64,000 bases of DNA from Nitrososphaerota archaeon (GCA_021159365.1 JAGGRY010000001.1:7543-71542); one strand, 5' to 3'. Shown: positions 9,132 through 20,355, numbered from the stretch's first letter. Notes: generated from the letters alone by a model not told the origin. Numbers and translations are program-made.

Positions 9132-10265
9132 TTACGTCATTCCTATTCCAACAGTATTTCCTATTCCTGCGACTATTACTGTCGCGCCGTCATCGATCTT
9201 CTCCAAGATCAATCTCTTAACCTTCTCAACGACTTTTTCAGCAGCTTTCGCGATGTTCTCTCTCATCGGCGTTATCGCTTCAGCTATCGACTCATAGATC
9301 ACGAACGCATACAACGGTATTCCCTTGGCCTTTGAGATCTCCTCGATCTTATATCTCTCGACTCCGATTCCCCCTATCGCCGCCCCAATGCCCTCAATTA
9401 TTTTTCCGCTTTCCTCACCTTCAAGCTTCAATCCGGCGTCGATCGTTATCACGGCCTTAACCTTGTCACCTTCGGCTTCGATGAGCTTCTTAACTCCTTC
9501 ACCAGGTTTTCCAACGGCGCCTCCAGGTCCCTTCGCTCTAAGGACTAGGATTTTCCTTCCATTCCAGAAGGTTTCTTGAACGACTGTATCCTTTGCGATT
9601 TCATAGGTCTTCTTCTCCATTCCATCGATGAGCTTCGCAACCGCCAATACTCCAACCCCGTCTCCTATTGGTTGCCCTTGAGCAAAAGCATAGCTCGACT
9701 GCCTATACGCGTTCGCGATCTCCATCACTTGAGGTAAGATCATCTGGACTTGGAGGACTGTGTAGATGTTCGCGGTCTTCTTTCCGAGAAGGTAATAGTG
9801 GCGGATTATCCTGTAGATGTAATCTAATCCACGTGCAACTTCAACCAAATTCGTCAAAGTCTTTACGGTTTTTTCATCTGCTTTAGGACATAAAGCTCTT
9901 ACTTCATTCTCGAATGTTTCCTCCCAAGTATTCACTATATGTTCCAGCTTATACATGATTCCATAGGGATCTCTGTCGATCGGCTCTATTACAACCGATC
10001 CGAGAAGTCTATCAACTCCTTTATCCACCTCTATGTTCCCATCTGAATACTTGTTTAGATGATTTATCGTTCTCTTCCTCACTTCGTCTCGAAAATATTT
10101 CAGTTTAAGCAGCTTTTTCTCAACATCTCTTAGCATATAGGATAGCTGAATCTTTTGGGAGAATGTTGGGTAGATCAGGAAGAGTAGCATGAAGATGAAC
10201 CAGAGTAAGGACATTAAGAGGGATAAGAGATCTTGCCCACCCGCGAACTGGAAAAGCCAAGACAT
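9132..10265 (-). CDS. DUF1512 family protein
   Basis: PIGDGVG, KGPGGAVGKPG, IDAGLKLEGE, GIGNTVGI. Confidence 0.88.
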   Translation of the reverse strand: MSWLFQFAGGQDLLSLLMSLLWFIFMLLFLIYPTFSQKIQLSYMLRDVEKKLLKLKYFRDEVRKRTINHLNKYSDGNIEVDKGVDRLLGSVVIEPIDRDPYGIMYKLEHIVNTWEETFENEVRALCPKADEKTVKTLTNLVEVARGLDYIYRIIRHYYLLGKKTANIYTVLQVQMILPQVMEIANAYRQSSYAFAQGQPIGDGVGVLAVAKLIDGMEKKTYEIAKDTVVQETFWNGRKILVLRAKGPGGAVGKPGEGVKKLIEAEGDKVKAVITIDAGLKLEGEESGKIIEGIGAAIGGIGVERYKIEEISKAKGIPLYAFVIYESIAEAITPMRENIAKAAEKVVEKVKRLILEKIDDGATVIVAGIGNTVGIGMT

Positions 10266-10359
10266 TACCTAAACCTGCTCCAAAGCCTAAACGAAAAGAC
10301 ATTCTAAAAAAGCTTTCTCCAGCTAAAGGTTAAAATATCCACATTAATAGATTCATAAT

Positions 10360-10481
10360 GCCTCCCGGTCATAGGAGAGGGGGAAACACCCGAACCCATT
10401 CCGAACTCGGAAGTTAAGCCCCTCTCCGCCCAGCTTGTAGTGGGGTGCGAGAGCCCCCGCGAAGGCTGGGTGCTGGGAGGC
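10360..10481 (+). rRNA. rrf: 5S rRNA (unlinked from 16S/23S)
   Basis: Terminal helix GCCTCCC/GGGAGGC; CACCCGAACCCATTCCGAACTCGGAAGTTAAG; 122 nt; upstream TTAAAATA and downstream T-run. Confidence 0.97.
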
Positions 10482-10692
10482 ATTTTTCAGCAATCAATGA
10501 CGTTCACTGAATTAGTCCGATAGCATGATGTATCGTAATTCTGATCTGAAGTGATTTTCGTGTGAAGAACTCTTCAAGAGAAGGTTGAATTAATGCTTAG
10601 GCCATGATCACTTCTCCCTTTAAGCTGTCTTCAACAAGCATATGGGGATAATCTTAAAAAATATGCCGTTTAACCATTTAGGAAGAGAGGCT

Positions 10693-11598
10693 ATGAAGAT
10701 CTTCCTAGATACGGCGGATTTAGATGAGATTAAGTTGGCTTGTTCATGGGGCGTGATAGATGGAGTCACGACGAATCCATCCTTGATAAAAAAGGCTGTC
10801 ATGAAGCGCGGTGGAAAAGTGACCATGGAAGAGTATATCAAAGAGATCTTGAGGATCACCCCTGGCCCCGTGAGCTTAGAGGTCATAGGATTAACCGCTG
10901 AAAAGATGGTTGAACAGGCTAAGATGCTCTATAGAAAATTCAGTCCATACGGTCAGCCCGTCATAAAGATTCCGATAAATCCATCCTTCGGGGATGAGAA
11001 CAACATGTTTGATGGATTAAAGGCGATAAGGCAGCTGAGTAGAGATGGAATACCTGTTAACGCGACCTTGATAATGAGCCCAGAACAAGCGATCTTGGCC
11101 GCGAAAGCCGGCGCAACCTATGCAAGCCCATTCGCCGGAAGAATCGATGACTATATTCGTGAGCAGCTGGGAATGAAGCGTGGAGTTCATTTTCAAAAAT
11201 CAGACTACTTCGACTTTAGCTTAATTGGAAAACTTGCGGAGAATAATTTATCGAGGATAATAAGTTCGAAGAACGCGGACTCTCTCTCGGAACTCTACAC
11301 GGATGAGGAAATAGTTTCAGCAACCAGGCTCGGAAACGATAACGGTATCAGGAGCGGGGTCGATTTAGTAAGGAGCATAGTCAAGATCTTCAGGAATTAT
11401 GGATATAAGACCCAGGTCATCGCCTCAAGCATAAGAAATGCAAGGCAAGTTCGGGAGATGGCTGAAGTCGGCGCAGATATCGTAACAATGCCTCTATATG
11501 TGTTGAAGCAGATGATCCAACACTATAAGACACTTGAGGGAATTAAGGCGTTCACCGCCGACATCGTTCCATCATATGCCGAACTGTTTGGTGAATGA
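10693..11598 (+). CDS. tal: Transaldolase (short TalC/FSA family) with an internal insertion
   Basis: FLDTAD, GVTTNPS, SLEV, VIKIP (Schiff-base Lys), NATL, ASPF, ASSIR. Confidence 0.9.
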   Translation: MKIFLDTADLDEIKLACSWGVIDGVTTNPSLIKKAVMKRGGKVTMEEYIKEILRITPGPVSLEVIGLTAEKMVEQAKMLYRKFSPYGQPVIKIPINPSFGDENNMFDGLKAIRQLSRDGIPVNATLIMSPEQAILAAKAGATYASPFAGRIDDYIREQLGMKRGVHFQKSDYFDFSLIGKLAENNLSRIISSKNADSLSELYTDEEIVSATRLGNDNGIRSGVDLVRSIVKIFRNYGYKTQVIASSIRNARQVREMAEVGADIVTMPLYVLKQMIQHYKTLEGIKAFTADIVPSYAELFGE

Positions 11599-11609
11599 GT
11601 TCCGAGAAA

Positions 11610-12326
11610 TCAAGTTTTCTGACGAGAGGTATATCTTAGAGGCTTTAAGGCCGCTTCCCGGAGTTCACGAATCGCCTTCTTAAGATCAGGCTTTCCGAAT
11701 ACCGCTGTTCCCGCTACGAGCACGTCTGCTCCAGCTTCAACGATCTTCGGCGCGGTTTCAACGTTGACTCCTCCATCAACCGCTATCTCCATCTCCAAGC
11801 CTCTTTTTACAAGCTTTCTTCTAGCTCTTCTAATCTTTGGGAGCGTGGATGGTATGAACTCTTGGCCCCCGAAGCCGGGGTTCACGCTCATTATCAGAAT
11901 TAAGTCTAGATCGTCTAAAACATATTCAATCGTGGTTAACGGCGTTGCGGGGTTTAACGCCACCCCACTCTTAACCCCGAAATCCCTTATCATACTCAAA
12001 ACTCTTTGAAGATGAATGCACGCCTCTACATGGACTATTATTAAATCTCCACCAGCTTCAACAACCTTCTCGATATAATCTTCAGGTCTCTCAACCATTA
12101 AGTGGACATAAAATGGTAACTTCGTATGATCTCTTATCGCCTTAACTATGAGTGGGCCGAAGGTTAGGTTTGGGACAAAGTGGCCGTCCATAATGTCGAG
12201 ATGTATCATGTCTGCACCGGCCTCCTCAGCTCTTCTCACTTCATCGCCGAGTTTACTGAAGTCTGCTGAGAGTATGGATGGAGCAATTTTTATTGAATGA
12301 AGTTTATCGTTGCTCATGGATATCAC
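11610..12326 (-). CDS. rpe: Ribulose-phosphate 3-epimerase
   Basis: IAPSILSADF, DIMDGHFVPN, MSVNPGFGGQ, VDGG. Confidence 0.97.
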   Translation of the reverse strand: MISMSNDKLHSIKIAPSILSADFSKLGDEVRRAEEAGADMIHLDIMDGHFVPNLTFGPLIVKAIRDHTKLPFYVHLMVERPEDYIEKVVEAGGDLIIVHVEACIHLQRVLSMIRDFGVKSGVALNPATPLTTIEYVLDDLDLILIMSVNPGFGGQEFIPSTLPKIRRARRKLVKRGLEMEIAVDGGVNVETAPKIVEAGADVLVAGTAVFGKPDLKKAIRELREAALKPLRYTSRQKT

Positions 12327-13300
12327 TTCTTAAGCTTTAAAACCCTCTTAACGGCTTCAACAATCTCTGAGGAAGTTAAACCATATTTTTTGAGAAGCTC
12401 TTTCCATGGCCCAGACTCGGCGAAGATGTCTTTAACCCCGACGAATTGCATGGGGACGGGATAGCTTTGAACTATTGTTTCAGCGACGGCGCTTCCAAGC
12501 CCCCCTATGATACTATGTTCTTCAGCGGTCACTATTGCGCCCGTCTCCTTAGCCGCCTTAACCAGCAGATCCGCGTCTATCGGCTTTATGGTATGGATGT
12601 TTATGACTCTAGCGCTTATCCCATTTTTCTTCAATTCTTCGAAAGCTTGAAGTGCTTCATAAACCATTAATCCCGTCGCGACTATGGTTACATCGCTTCC
12701 ATCCTTTAGGGTTACTCCTTCACCTATCTTGAAATTCAGCTTTTTTCCCTCAAAGCTGTAATCATCCTCATAGATCACTGGAATCTTGGGTCTTCCAAGC
12801 CTGAGATATGCTGGCCCATAATGTTTAACCAGAGCTTTAACAGCTTCCCTAGTCTCGACTGCATCGGCTGGAACTATCACCGTGACATTTGGAATAACTC
12901 TCATAGAAGCTATGTCCTCAGTGCAATGATGCGATACTCCATCTTCTCCAACACTTATCCCTCCATGTGATGCAACAACCTTAACATTCAAGTTCGGATA
13001 CGCTATGGATTGCCTAAATTGATTATATGCTCTTTGAGTTGCAAAGATCGCGAAGGTGCTTGCAAAGACTATCTTACCACATGAGGCTAATCCCGCCGCA
13101 GCTCCCATCATATTTGCCTCAGCTATCCCAAAGTTGAAGAATCTATCCGGAAACTCTCTCGCAAAATATTGAGTCCTCGTCGACGATGACAAATCCGCAT
13201 CTAAGACTACTATATCCTTATGGATCTTTCCAAGCTCGACTAATGCCTTCCCATAAGCATCTCTTGTGGCCATGGTCTTAACTTCCTTAATCTTACTCAT
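12323..13300 (-). CDS. Transketolase, C-terminal subunit
   Basis: DADLSSST, GIAEANM, GEDGVSH, EEHSIIGGLG. Confidence 0.95.
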   Translation of the reverse strand: MSKIKEVKTMATRDAYGKALVELGKIHKDIVVLDADLSSSTRTQYFAREFPDRFFNFGIAEANMMGAAAGLASCGKIVFASTFAIFATQRAYNQFRQSIAYPNLNVKVVASHGGISVGEDGVSHHCTEDIASMRVIPNVTVIVPADAVETREAVKALVKHYGPAYLRLGRPKIPVIYEDDYSFEGKKLNFKIGEGVTLKDGSDVTIVATGLMVYEALQAFEELKKNGISARVINIHTIKPIDADLLVKAAKETGAIVTAEEHSIIGGLGSAVAETIVQSYPVPMQFVGVKDIFAESGPWKELLKKYGLTSSEIVEAVKRVLKLKK

Positions 13301-13372
13301 TCTCTTTACCCTCCATTAATCCAGCATGAAGTTGCTTTTAAACTTCTAGAAGACGTGAGCCTTCTCCGAAAA

Positions 13373-14257
13373 TCACTCTATGGACAATAGCTTTTCTTGA
13401 AGTTCAAGTTCTTTTAAAGCGAGTTTAAGCTGCTCCTCAGTCAATGGTTTTCCATGAAACTCCACCTTTCCTTCCATGAATGATATTCCCTTACCTTTAA
13501 TTGTGTGAGCTATTATCGCGGTCGGTTTACCCTTAATTCTTTCAGCGAAATCTAATGCATCCAAGATCTGTCTAACATTGTGGCCGTCTATCTCGATTAC
13601 GTGCCATCCAAATGCTTCCCATTTCTCCGCAATGGGCTCAATGCTCATAATCTGATTAACAGGACCATCGAGTTGCAATCCATTATAATCTATTATCGCT
13701 AGAAGGTTATCGAGTCTATAATGTGCGGCGGACATGGCGGCTTCCCAAACCTGACCTTCATCAAGTTCCCCGTCACCTAAGAGGACATAGACTCGATATG
13801 ATTTCTTATCGATTCTTCCAGCTAAAGCCATTCCAACTCCGATCGATAAGCCTTGACCTAAGCTTCCAGTTGATGCTTCAACGCCAGGAGTCTTTTTCAT
13901 ATCGGGATGGCCTTGAAGGATCGAACCTATCTTTCTCAGAGTCCAGAGAGCCTCTCTGGGAAAGAATCCGGCTCTCGATAAGGCCGAGTAAAGTGCTGGA
14001 CATATATGGCCTTTTGAGAGAACAAATCTATCTCTATCCTCCCACTGCGGGTTTTCAGGATCATATCTTAAGTGATGGAAGTATAGGCATGCAATTATCT
14101 CTGCAGCTGATAGAGATCCTCCTGGATGCCCTGAGCCGGCTTTAGTGGTCATTAATAGGACATCTTTCCTAATCTCTAATGCTATCTTTCTAAGTCTTTG
14201 AATGAGTTCTTCATCATGAGGTTCATCTTTATGATCGAATACTGTCATGGCCTTCAA
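13373..14257 (-). CDS. Transketolase, N-terminal (TPP-binding) subunit
   Basis: SGHPGGSLS, RDRFVLSKGH, GSLGQG, GDGELDEG. Confidence 0.95.
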   Translation of the reverse strand: MKAMTVFDHKDEPHDEELIQRLRKIALEIRKDVLLMTTKAGSGHPGGSLSAAEIIACLYFHHLRYDPENPQWEDRDRFVLSKGHICPALYSALSRAGFFPREALWTLRKIGSILQGHPDMKKTPGVEASTGSLGQGLSIGVGMALAGRIDKKSYRVYVLLGDGELDEGQVWEAAMSAAHYRLDNLLAIIDYNGLQLDGPVNQIMSIEPIAEKWEAFGWHVIEIDGHNVRQILDALDFAERIKGKPTAIIAHTIKGKGISFMEGKVEFHGKPLTEEQLKLALKELELQEKLLSIE

Positions 14258-14336
14258 GTCAATTCGTTCTCATCAATTATTTAGGTTTAAAGTGATCCAT
14301 GCGCAACAGTTTGTAAAAATATTTTGGATGATGATC

Positions 14337-16337
14337 TCAGCTTTCCTTCTCTCCCATCGCCTTCTTTAGCTCTTCAACGGCCTTAATCGCTTCTTGAATC
14401 GAGGAAGCATCTTCGAGTGTTGATACATCTCCGAGCTTGGCTCCGCTTACAACAGCCTTCAAAAGCCTTCTCATGATCTTTCCGCTTCTGGTCTTCGGTA
14501 GCTTTGAGACGAAGTATATTGCTTCGGGGGTGGCGATCGGGCCTATCCGCTTCCTAATCCAACTTCTGAGCTCTTTTCTGAGATCTTCGCTCGGCTCATA
14601 TCCTTCTTTGAGGGTTACGAAGGCGACTATGCTTTCACCCTTGACCTCGTGAGGCTTCCCGATCACCGCGGCTTCAGATATCGCTGGATGCTCTATGAAC
14701 GCGCTCTCAAGCTCTATGGTCCCAATTCTATGACCTGCTACCTTGATCACTTCATCGGCTCTCCCCATGAACTTAATGTATCCCTCTTCATCCTTCATGG
14801 CATAGTCTCCAGTGTAGTAGACCGCTGGAGGCTTGATCTTGAACTCAAGCTCTTCGCTTGGCTGGAACTTAGCCCAATAAACTCGCCTATACCTATCCGG
14901 ATCTCTCCAAAGAGTCATGAGCATTCCAGGCCAAGGAGCTAAGATCACTAGATAGCCTCTCTCATAGGGCTTTACAGGCTTCCCTTCATCATTAACGACC
15001 TCTGCGTGAACTCCTGGGAGACCATAGGTCACCGAAAAGTTAGGTTTAAGCGGCACGAGCTCTATTCCTGGAGCTGGTGAGATCATGAATCCGCCGGTCT
15101 CGGTCTGCCACCAAGTATCGATTATTGGGCATCTCTCCTTTCCAATCACCCTATAGTACCATTCCCAAGACTCTGGATCTATCGGCTCTCCAACGGTTCC
15201 AAGGATCCTCAAGGTGCTTAGATCATGCTTGTTAATCCACTCTTCTCCATATCTCATATGCATTCTAATCGCCGTTGGAGCCGTGTAGAATTCAGTCACT
15301 CCATACTTCTCGATTATCTCCCACCATCTATCTGGTGATGGATAATCTGGGGCACCATCATACATCACCTGCGTCACTCCATGCAGTAGAGGCGCATATA
15401 CTATGTAGCTGTGGCCTGTTATCCAGCCTATGTCAGCCGTGCACCACCATATATCATCAGGCTTGGGATCAAACGCCCATTTCATCGTCGCCCAAACCCA
15501 TACGAGATAGCCTCCAGTGCTGTGAACTACTCCTTTGGGCTTGCCAGTTGTTCCACTAGTATAGAGGATGAAGAGCGGGTCCGTCGCTTCGACTGGAACT
15601 GGTGGACAATATGGTTCGGCGTCTTTCATCAGTTCATGCCACCAGAGATCTCTTCCTTCGGTCATCGGCGTATCCTCTACTCCAACCCTCTTAACCACGA
15701 CAACCTTCTCTACGCTCTTAGTCTGTTTAAGCGCCTCATCAGCACTCTTCTTAAGGTGAATTAACTTACCCCTCCTATAGAAGGCGTCGGCTGTTATCAA
15801 GATCTTTGCCTCCGCGTCGTTTATCCTATCGGCAAGAGCCGATGCGCTGAATCCTGAGAAGACCACGCTGTGAAGCGCTCCAATTCTCACACAGGCTAGC
15901 ATGGCTATTGGAAGCTCTGGGATCATTGGGAGATAGATGGAGACCCTGTCTCCTTTCTTCACTCCAAGCTTCTTCAAGACATTTGCGAATTTGTTGACCT
16001 CCTTCCAGAGTTGATAATAGGTTAAGGTTCTCGTTACCCCCTCTTCGCCTTCCCAGAAGTATGCGACTTTATTCTTGTTCCCATTCTTTAGATTTACGTC
16101 TAGGCAGTTGTAGGACGCGTTGAGAACTCCTCCAACAAACCATTTGGCGAAAGGTGGATCCCAGACTAAGACCTTATCCCATCGCTTAAACCACACCAGA
16201 TTCTCGGCTATCTCCGACCAGAATCCCTCCGGATCTTCAAGCGCCCTTCTCCGAAACTCTTTCAACCTTCCACCAAAATATGTTTTCCGTACCTCTTCTC
16301 CCTCGTAAATCTCCGAAGACGACTTCTCTTCACTCAT
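14337..16337 (-). CDS. acs: Acetyl-CoA synthetase (AMP-forming)
   Basis: [32 protein letters not shown]; ATG 16337 preferred. Confidence 0.95.
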   Translation of the reverse strand: MSEEKSSSEIYEGEEVRKTYFGGRLKEFRRRALEDPEGFWSEIAENLVWFKRWDKVLVWDPPFAKWFVGGVLNASYNCLDVNLKNGNKNKVAYFWEGEEGVTRTLTYYQLWKEVNKFANVLKKLGVKKGDRVSIYLPMIPELPIAMLACVRIGALHSVVFSGFSASALADRINDAEAKILITADAFYRRGKLIHLKKSADEALKQTKSVEKVVVVKRVGVEDTPMTEGRDLWWHELMKDAEPYCPPVPVEATDPLFILYTSGTTGKPKGVVHSTGGYLVWVWATMKWAFDPKPDDIWWCTADIGWITGHSYIVYAPLLHGVTQVMYDGAPDYPSPDRWWEIIEKYGVTEFYTAPTAIRMHMRYGEEWINKHDLSTLRILGTVGEPIDPESWEWYYRVIGKERCPIIDTWWQTETGGFMISPAPGIELVPLKPNFSVTYGLPGVHAEVVNDEGKPVKPYERGYLVILAPWPGMLMTLWRDPDRYRRVYWAKFQPSEELEFKIKPPAVYYTGDYAMKDEEGYIKFMGRADEVIKVAGHRIGTIELESAFIEHPAISEAAVIGKPHEVKGESIVAFVTLKEGYEPSEDLRKELRSWIRKRIGPIATPEAIYFVSKLPKTRSGKIMRRLLKAVVSGAKLGDVSTLEDASSIQEAIKAVEELKKAMGEKES

Positions 16338-16437
16338 GGTTAACACCCTTACCAAGGGAGACCTCAAGAAAAGCTCTTAAAAAACATTAGGTCGAGAAAC
16401 AAGTTTTTAGCCGCTCATAAGATCTTCCAAGTCGAAG

Positions 16438-17394
16438 ATGGATACTCGCTCTGTAAAGGGTTTGAGCTTGGGAACATGCTCGAGCTGTGGTAAGAGAACA
16501 CCCATCTATTTCAGGAGATACTCCGGAGTTAAGCTTTGCTCAACATGCTTTAAGGAGGATTTCGTCAAGAGAGTTAGGAGAACCATATCGAGATATGGGC
16601 TTTTCAGATACGATGACAGAATTGTCGTCGCGGTTTCAGGCGGAAAGGATAGCTTAGTCCTCCTAAAAATTTTGTATGAGATTGAGCAAGACTTTCCGAA
16701 ATCAGAGCTCTTAGCGGTCTTAATAGATGAGGGAATAGATTCTTATCGTCTAGATGGCTTAAGGACTTCAAGGGAGATCGCAAGGATCTTAAATATAGAA
16801 TTACATGAAACTTCCTTCAAAGACTTGTATGGGTTCACGCTAGGTGAAGTCGTCAAGTCAGGAATCGCTGAGAAACTGAAACTTAATCCATGCACAATAT
16901 GTGGGATCTTAAGGAGAAAAGCCCTTGTCACGGTCGCTAGAAAGCTGAGAGCTACAGTCATAGCCACCGCCCATACGCTCGACGACATCGTCCAAACATA
17001 TCTCTTAAACCTATTGAGAGGTGAGAAGAACCTTAGACCTATAGGCTTGAGGAGAGAGGTTGAGAACATCATTCCTAGGGTTGCACCGCTTAGATTGACT
17101 CCGCAGAGAGAACTCGCCCTCTATGCATATCTTGAAGGAATCCCGTTTCAATCAAGGACCTGCCCATACACCCATGAATCCATGAGAGATGAGATAAGAA
17201 ATTTCCTAACCCTATATGACTATAAGTATACTGGAAGTCTCTACGCATTCCTTAACATGTTCGAGAGAATTCTTGGGAAGATCCCACAGCCAGCGGAGGT
17301 TAATAGATGTGAGATCTGCGGCGAACCAACTGATAGAAGGATATGTAGGGCATGTGAGATAGTTCTCTCGATAAGGAGTCTCTTGAAGAATTAG
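16438..17394 (+). CDS. tRNA 2-thiolation protein (TtuA/NcsA/Ctu1 family)
   Basis: SGGKDS PP-loop, CTICG, flanking CxxC zinc fingers. Confidence 0.88.
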   Translation: MDTRSVKGLSLGTCSSCGKRTPIYFRRYSGVKLCSTCFKEDFVKRVRRTISRYGLFRYDDRIVVAVSGGKDSLVLLKILYEIEQDFPKSELLAVLIDEGIDSYRLDGLRTSREIARILNIELHETSFKDLYGFTLGEVVKSGIAEKLKLNPCTICGILRRKALVTVARKLRATVIATAHTLDDIVQTYLLNLLRGEKNLRPIGLRREVENIIPRVAPLRLTPQRELALYAYLEGIPFQSRTCPYTHESMRDEIRNFLTLYDYKYTGSLYAFLNMFERILGKIPQPAEVNRCEICGEPTDRRICRACEIVLSIRSLLKN

Positions 17395-18533
17395 AGTTGG
17401 AAGAACCCGAACGTCTTATAAGTGAACATTATGTTCAACATCAGGAGTGTTATGCATATGGAGGTTAATCCCATGTTAAGCATCTTCAACTTTCTCTCAT
17501 CTCTTATCCAAAATTCAAGTAAAGAGCTCAGAAACAGGCTTCCATCTAGGAAGTATATGGGGAGCATATTGAATATGGCTACGCCTAGAGCGACTAGCTG
17601 AATCCACCAAAACACCTTATATGCATTATACTCGGCCATGGGATCTCCAAGATGAATTCTCATAGGGCGATAGTAGTCTATTCTCTTCACACCTATTCCT
17701 CTCAGAATCCAGGCCGTGGGCATGTTGATAGACTTCTTCAACCTATATGAGATATTACCTCTCATAGTCTCCACTATAATCATATCCTTAGCGGTGATGT
17801 TTTGGAAAAGCGTCCCTTGATTTACTGGAACCCCATTAACCCCAACTATAACGTCTCCGACACCTATCTTCGTAGCATTCCCCTCAACTTCTAAGACTAT
17901 TACTCCAGACTCCATTGGAAGAAACAATCCCATCATTAGAGATATTGCGAGTAAACCGACAACTAAGTTTGCAAAACTTCCAGCTGCCGCAATTCTCATC
18001 TTAGTTTTGGGAGGAGCTTTGTTAAACTCCTCTTCATCGGGTTCAACAAATCCTCCAGGAAATATGAATACCAAGAAGAAGCCCGTGGACTTCAACCTGA
18101 TCTTTTCAAGTCTTGCCACAAGTCCATGCATCCCCTCATGTGTTATCAAGACTATCCCTAAGGCTAGTAGGATGTACGGTAGATGCTCAAGCTTTATCGT
18201 CACACCTATGATTAATGGAACCACTATGTTCTGCGGGCCGACCTGTTGAGGAGCGAACAAATATGTTCCAAGGTTCTTTGCGAGAAAATAGATTGAGAAT
18301 GCTGTGAGGCCGAATCCTATGGCCACCCCAATATTTGAGAGAACCATCCAGAGGAGCGGGGATTTATCGACCACTTTATCGAAGAACTCTATAGCCCTTC
18401 TTGATCGTAATACAAATGCTAAGGGATAGAGTTTGAGATTTCCGAGGCTTTCTCGCGAGAAAACTCCTCTTAGAATCAGGTAAATTAAAAGCCAGCCCGC
18501 CGCCAACACTAATAGACATAGATAAATGACCAT
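17391..18533 (-). CDS. Site-2 protease (M50) with a PDZ-like insert
   Basis: HEGMH, AAAGSFAN, NMLPIYFLDG. Confidence 0.92.
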   Translation of the reverse strand: MVIYLCLLVLAAGWLLIYLILRGVFSRESLGNLKLYPLAFVLRSRRAIEFFDKVVDKSPLLWMVLSNIGVAIGFGLTAFSIYFLAKNLGTYLFAPQQVGPQNIVVPLIIGVTIKLEHLPYILLALGIVLITHEGMHGLVARLEKIRLKSTGFFLVFIFPGGFVEPDEEEFNKAPPKTKMRIAAAGSFANLVVGLLAISLMMGLFLPMESGVIVLEVEGNATKIGVGDVIVGVNGVPVNQGTLFQNITAKDMIIVETMRGNISYRLKKSINMPTAWILRGIGVKRIDYYRPMRIHLGDPMAEYNAYKVFWWIQLVALGVAIFNMLPIYFLDGSLFLSSLLEFWIRDERKLKMLNMGLTSICITLLMLNIMFTYKTFGFFQL

Positions 18534-18619
18534 TGCTCAGTAGGTAGCTTAAAATTGGTCAAGATAAAGATTGGTAAGCTCTTCGCTATTGTAGATCTAA
18601 TTAAAATTCGTTGATTTTT

Positions 18620-19717
18620 CTAGATCAGCGCCTTCTCAGTCTTCGCGTCGAATACGTGCAACTGCTCAACCGGGAATCCTACCCAAACCTTCTGGCCCGA
18701 TGGAGGAATCTCGACCGTCGGTGGAGTAACGGCCTTTAACAAGTATTCGCCGGCCTTGAGGTCCACCACTATCCTCGATCCCATGGGCTCTATGACGTAT
18801 ACATCCGCTTGGAAGACGGAGTTCGCGTCCTTCTCTTTTGATAGCGCTATGTGTTCAGGTCTGAAGCCTATGATGACCTCGCTTCCAGATGCTCCCTTCT
18901 TCACGACTTCACCTAAATCCTTCTCAAGCTCATATTGGAAGAATCCGGCGTCAAGTATTATTCTTGAGTCCTTTTCAATAATTGAAGCCTTGATGAAGTT
19001 CATCGGCGGGCTTCCAATAAACCCTGCAACGAATAGGTTTGCAGGCCTTTCATAGACGTGACGGGGCTCGTCATATTGGAGGATCTTGCCCTTATTCATC
19101 ACGGCAACCCTATCGGCCATGGCCATGGCCTCAGCCTGATCGTGAGTTACGTAGATTGTCGTGATCTTTAGGTCTTTTTGAAGCTTCTTAAGCTCAGCTC
19201 TCATGTAGACTCTAAGCTTGGCGTCTAAGTTGCTGAGAGGCTCGTCCATAAGCCATACTCGCGGATTTCTTACCAAGGCTCTTCCTAGGGCGACTCTCTG
19301 CTGCTGGCCTCCGCTAAGTTGCCTAGGCTTCCTATCTAATAGCTCCTCAATCCTTAGTAATTTAGCAACCTCCCTTACACGCTTATCAATCTCCTGCTTC
19401 GGATATTTCCTCATCTTTAATGGGAAGGCGAGATTTCCATAAACGGTCATGTGGGGATAGAGAGCATAGCTCTGGAAGACCATAGCGATATCTCTATCCT
19501 TTGGAGGAAGATCATTTACCATTCTGTCATCGATATAGATTTCACCCTCATCAGGAGTCTCAAGTCCAGCTATACATCTTAAGGTTGTAGTCTTCCCACA
19601 TCCAGATGGACCCAATAGAACTATAAATTCACCATCTTTTACATTGAAGCTTATTCCATTGACAGCAACAGTCTTATCAAATTTCTTTACTAGATTGACG
19701 ACTTTAACCTTACTCAT
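18620..19717 (-). CDS. Sugar ABC transporter ATPase (MalK/MsmX family)
   Basis: GPSGCGKT, LSGGQQQR, DEPLSNLD, C-terminal TOBE-like domain. Confidence 0.95.
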   Translation of the reverse strand: MSKVKVVNLVKKFDKTVAVNGISFNVKDGEFIVLLGPSGCGKTTTLRCIAGLETPDEGEIYIDDRMVNDLPPKDRDIAMVFQSYALYPHMTVYGNLAFPLKMRKYPKQEIDKRVREVAKLLRIEELLDRKPRQLSGGQQQRVALGRALVRNPRVWLMDEPLSNLDAKLRVYMRAELKKLQKDLKITTIYVTHDQAEAMAMADRVAVMNKGKILQYDEPRHVYERPANLFVAGFIGSPPMNFIKASIIEKDSRIILDAGFFQYELEKDLGEVVKKGASGSEVIIGFRPEHIALSKEKDANSVFQADVYVIEPMGSRIVVDLKAGEYLLKAVTPPTVEIPPSGQKVWVGFPVEQLHVFDAKTEKALI

Positions 19718-20070
19718 CTCAAGTGGGTAGCTGAGCAACTTTTTAAAAAAACTTTCCTCCGAAAAATCCGCCAATTTCCCTCTCACGCGGCGTTATTCCG
19801 CGTTTTTACGAAACCATTTGAAAAACGGTCTCACATTAATTCTATGGGAGCCGGAACATCTATTCCTTGCTCCTTCGAATCTAGCTCACGTCCTCAACCT
19901 TTCCCAAACTTATGGAGTTTATTGAGGCTCGAGTGAGGGCTACTCATCAGCCTCAATTCTGAGAATCTTAAATCTTTAGATGGGGGTGGCGCTCAATGGA
20001 AGGGAAAACCGTAAATAATGAGGTTAAGAAACTTATGGTCGAAGATCTAGCCCTGCGAGGGGATTAAACC

Positions 20071-20355
20071 TTGGAGGAGTCAGGCTCTCAAAGTTGGGAG
20101 GAGAAGAGGGATAAGGCTGTCCAGATACTCGAGGCTGTGGCAAATGACGTTGGAACGCCTAGGAATATTAGGAGAGCTGCTAAGGCCGCCGCCGATGAAT
20201 TGTTTAACGAAAAATATACTCCAGCTGTTAGAGCTGCGAACGCTATAGAGATGATCGAGGAGATAATTAATGATCCGAATATGCCCGTGTTTACGAGAAC
20301 TCAGCTTTGGATGGCGATCTCAATTTTAGAAACCATTCGCTCGACACCGACGTAA
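20071..20355 (+). CDS. UPF0147 family protein
   Basis: PRNIRRAA...RAANAI...DPNMP..TRTQLW. Confidence 0.9.
   Translation: MEESGSQSWEEKRDKAVQILEAVANDVGTPRNIRRAAKAAADELFNEKYTPAVRAANAIEMIEEIINDPNMPVFTRTQLWMAISILETIRSTPT

Noticed and set aside
10520-10580. ATGATGT...CTGA...GTGATT downstream of the 5S rRNA
   Set aside because: Degenerate boxes with no terminal D box or stem.
19921-19957. Hairpin ATTGAGGCT...AGCCTCAAT with CTGATGA on the minus strand
   Set aside because: No matching D box or proper K-turn, so there is not enough to call an sRNA.
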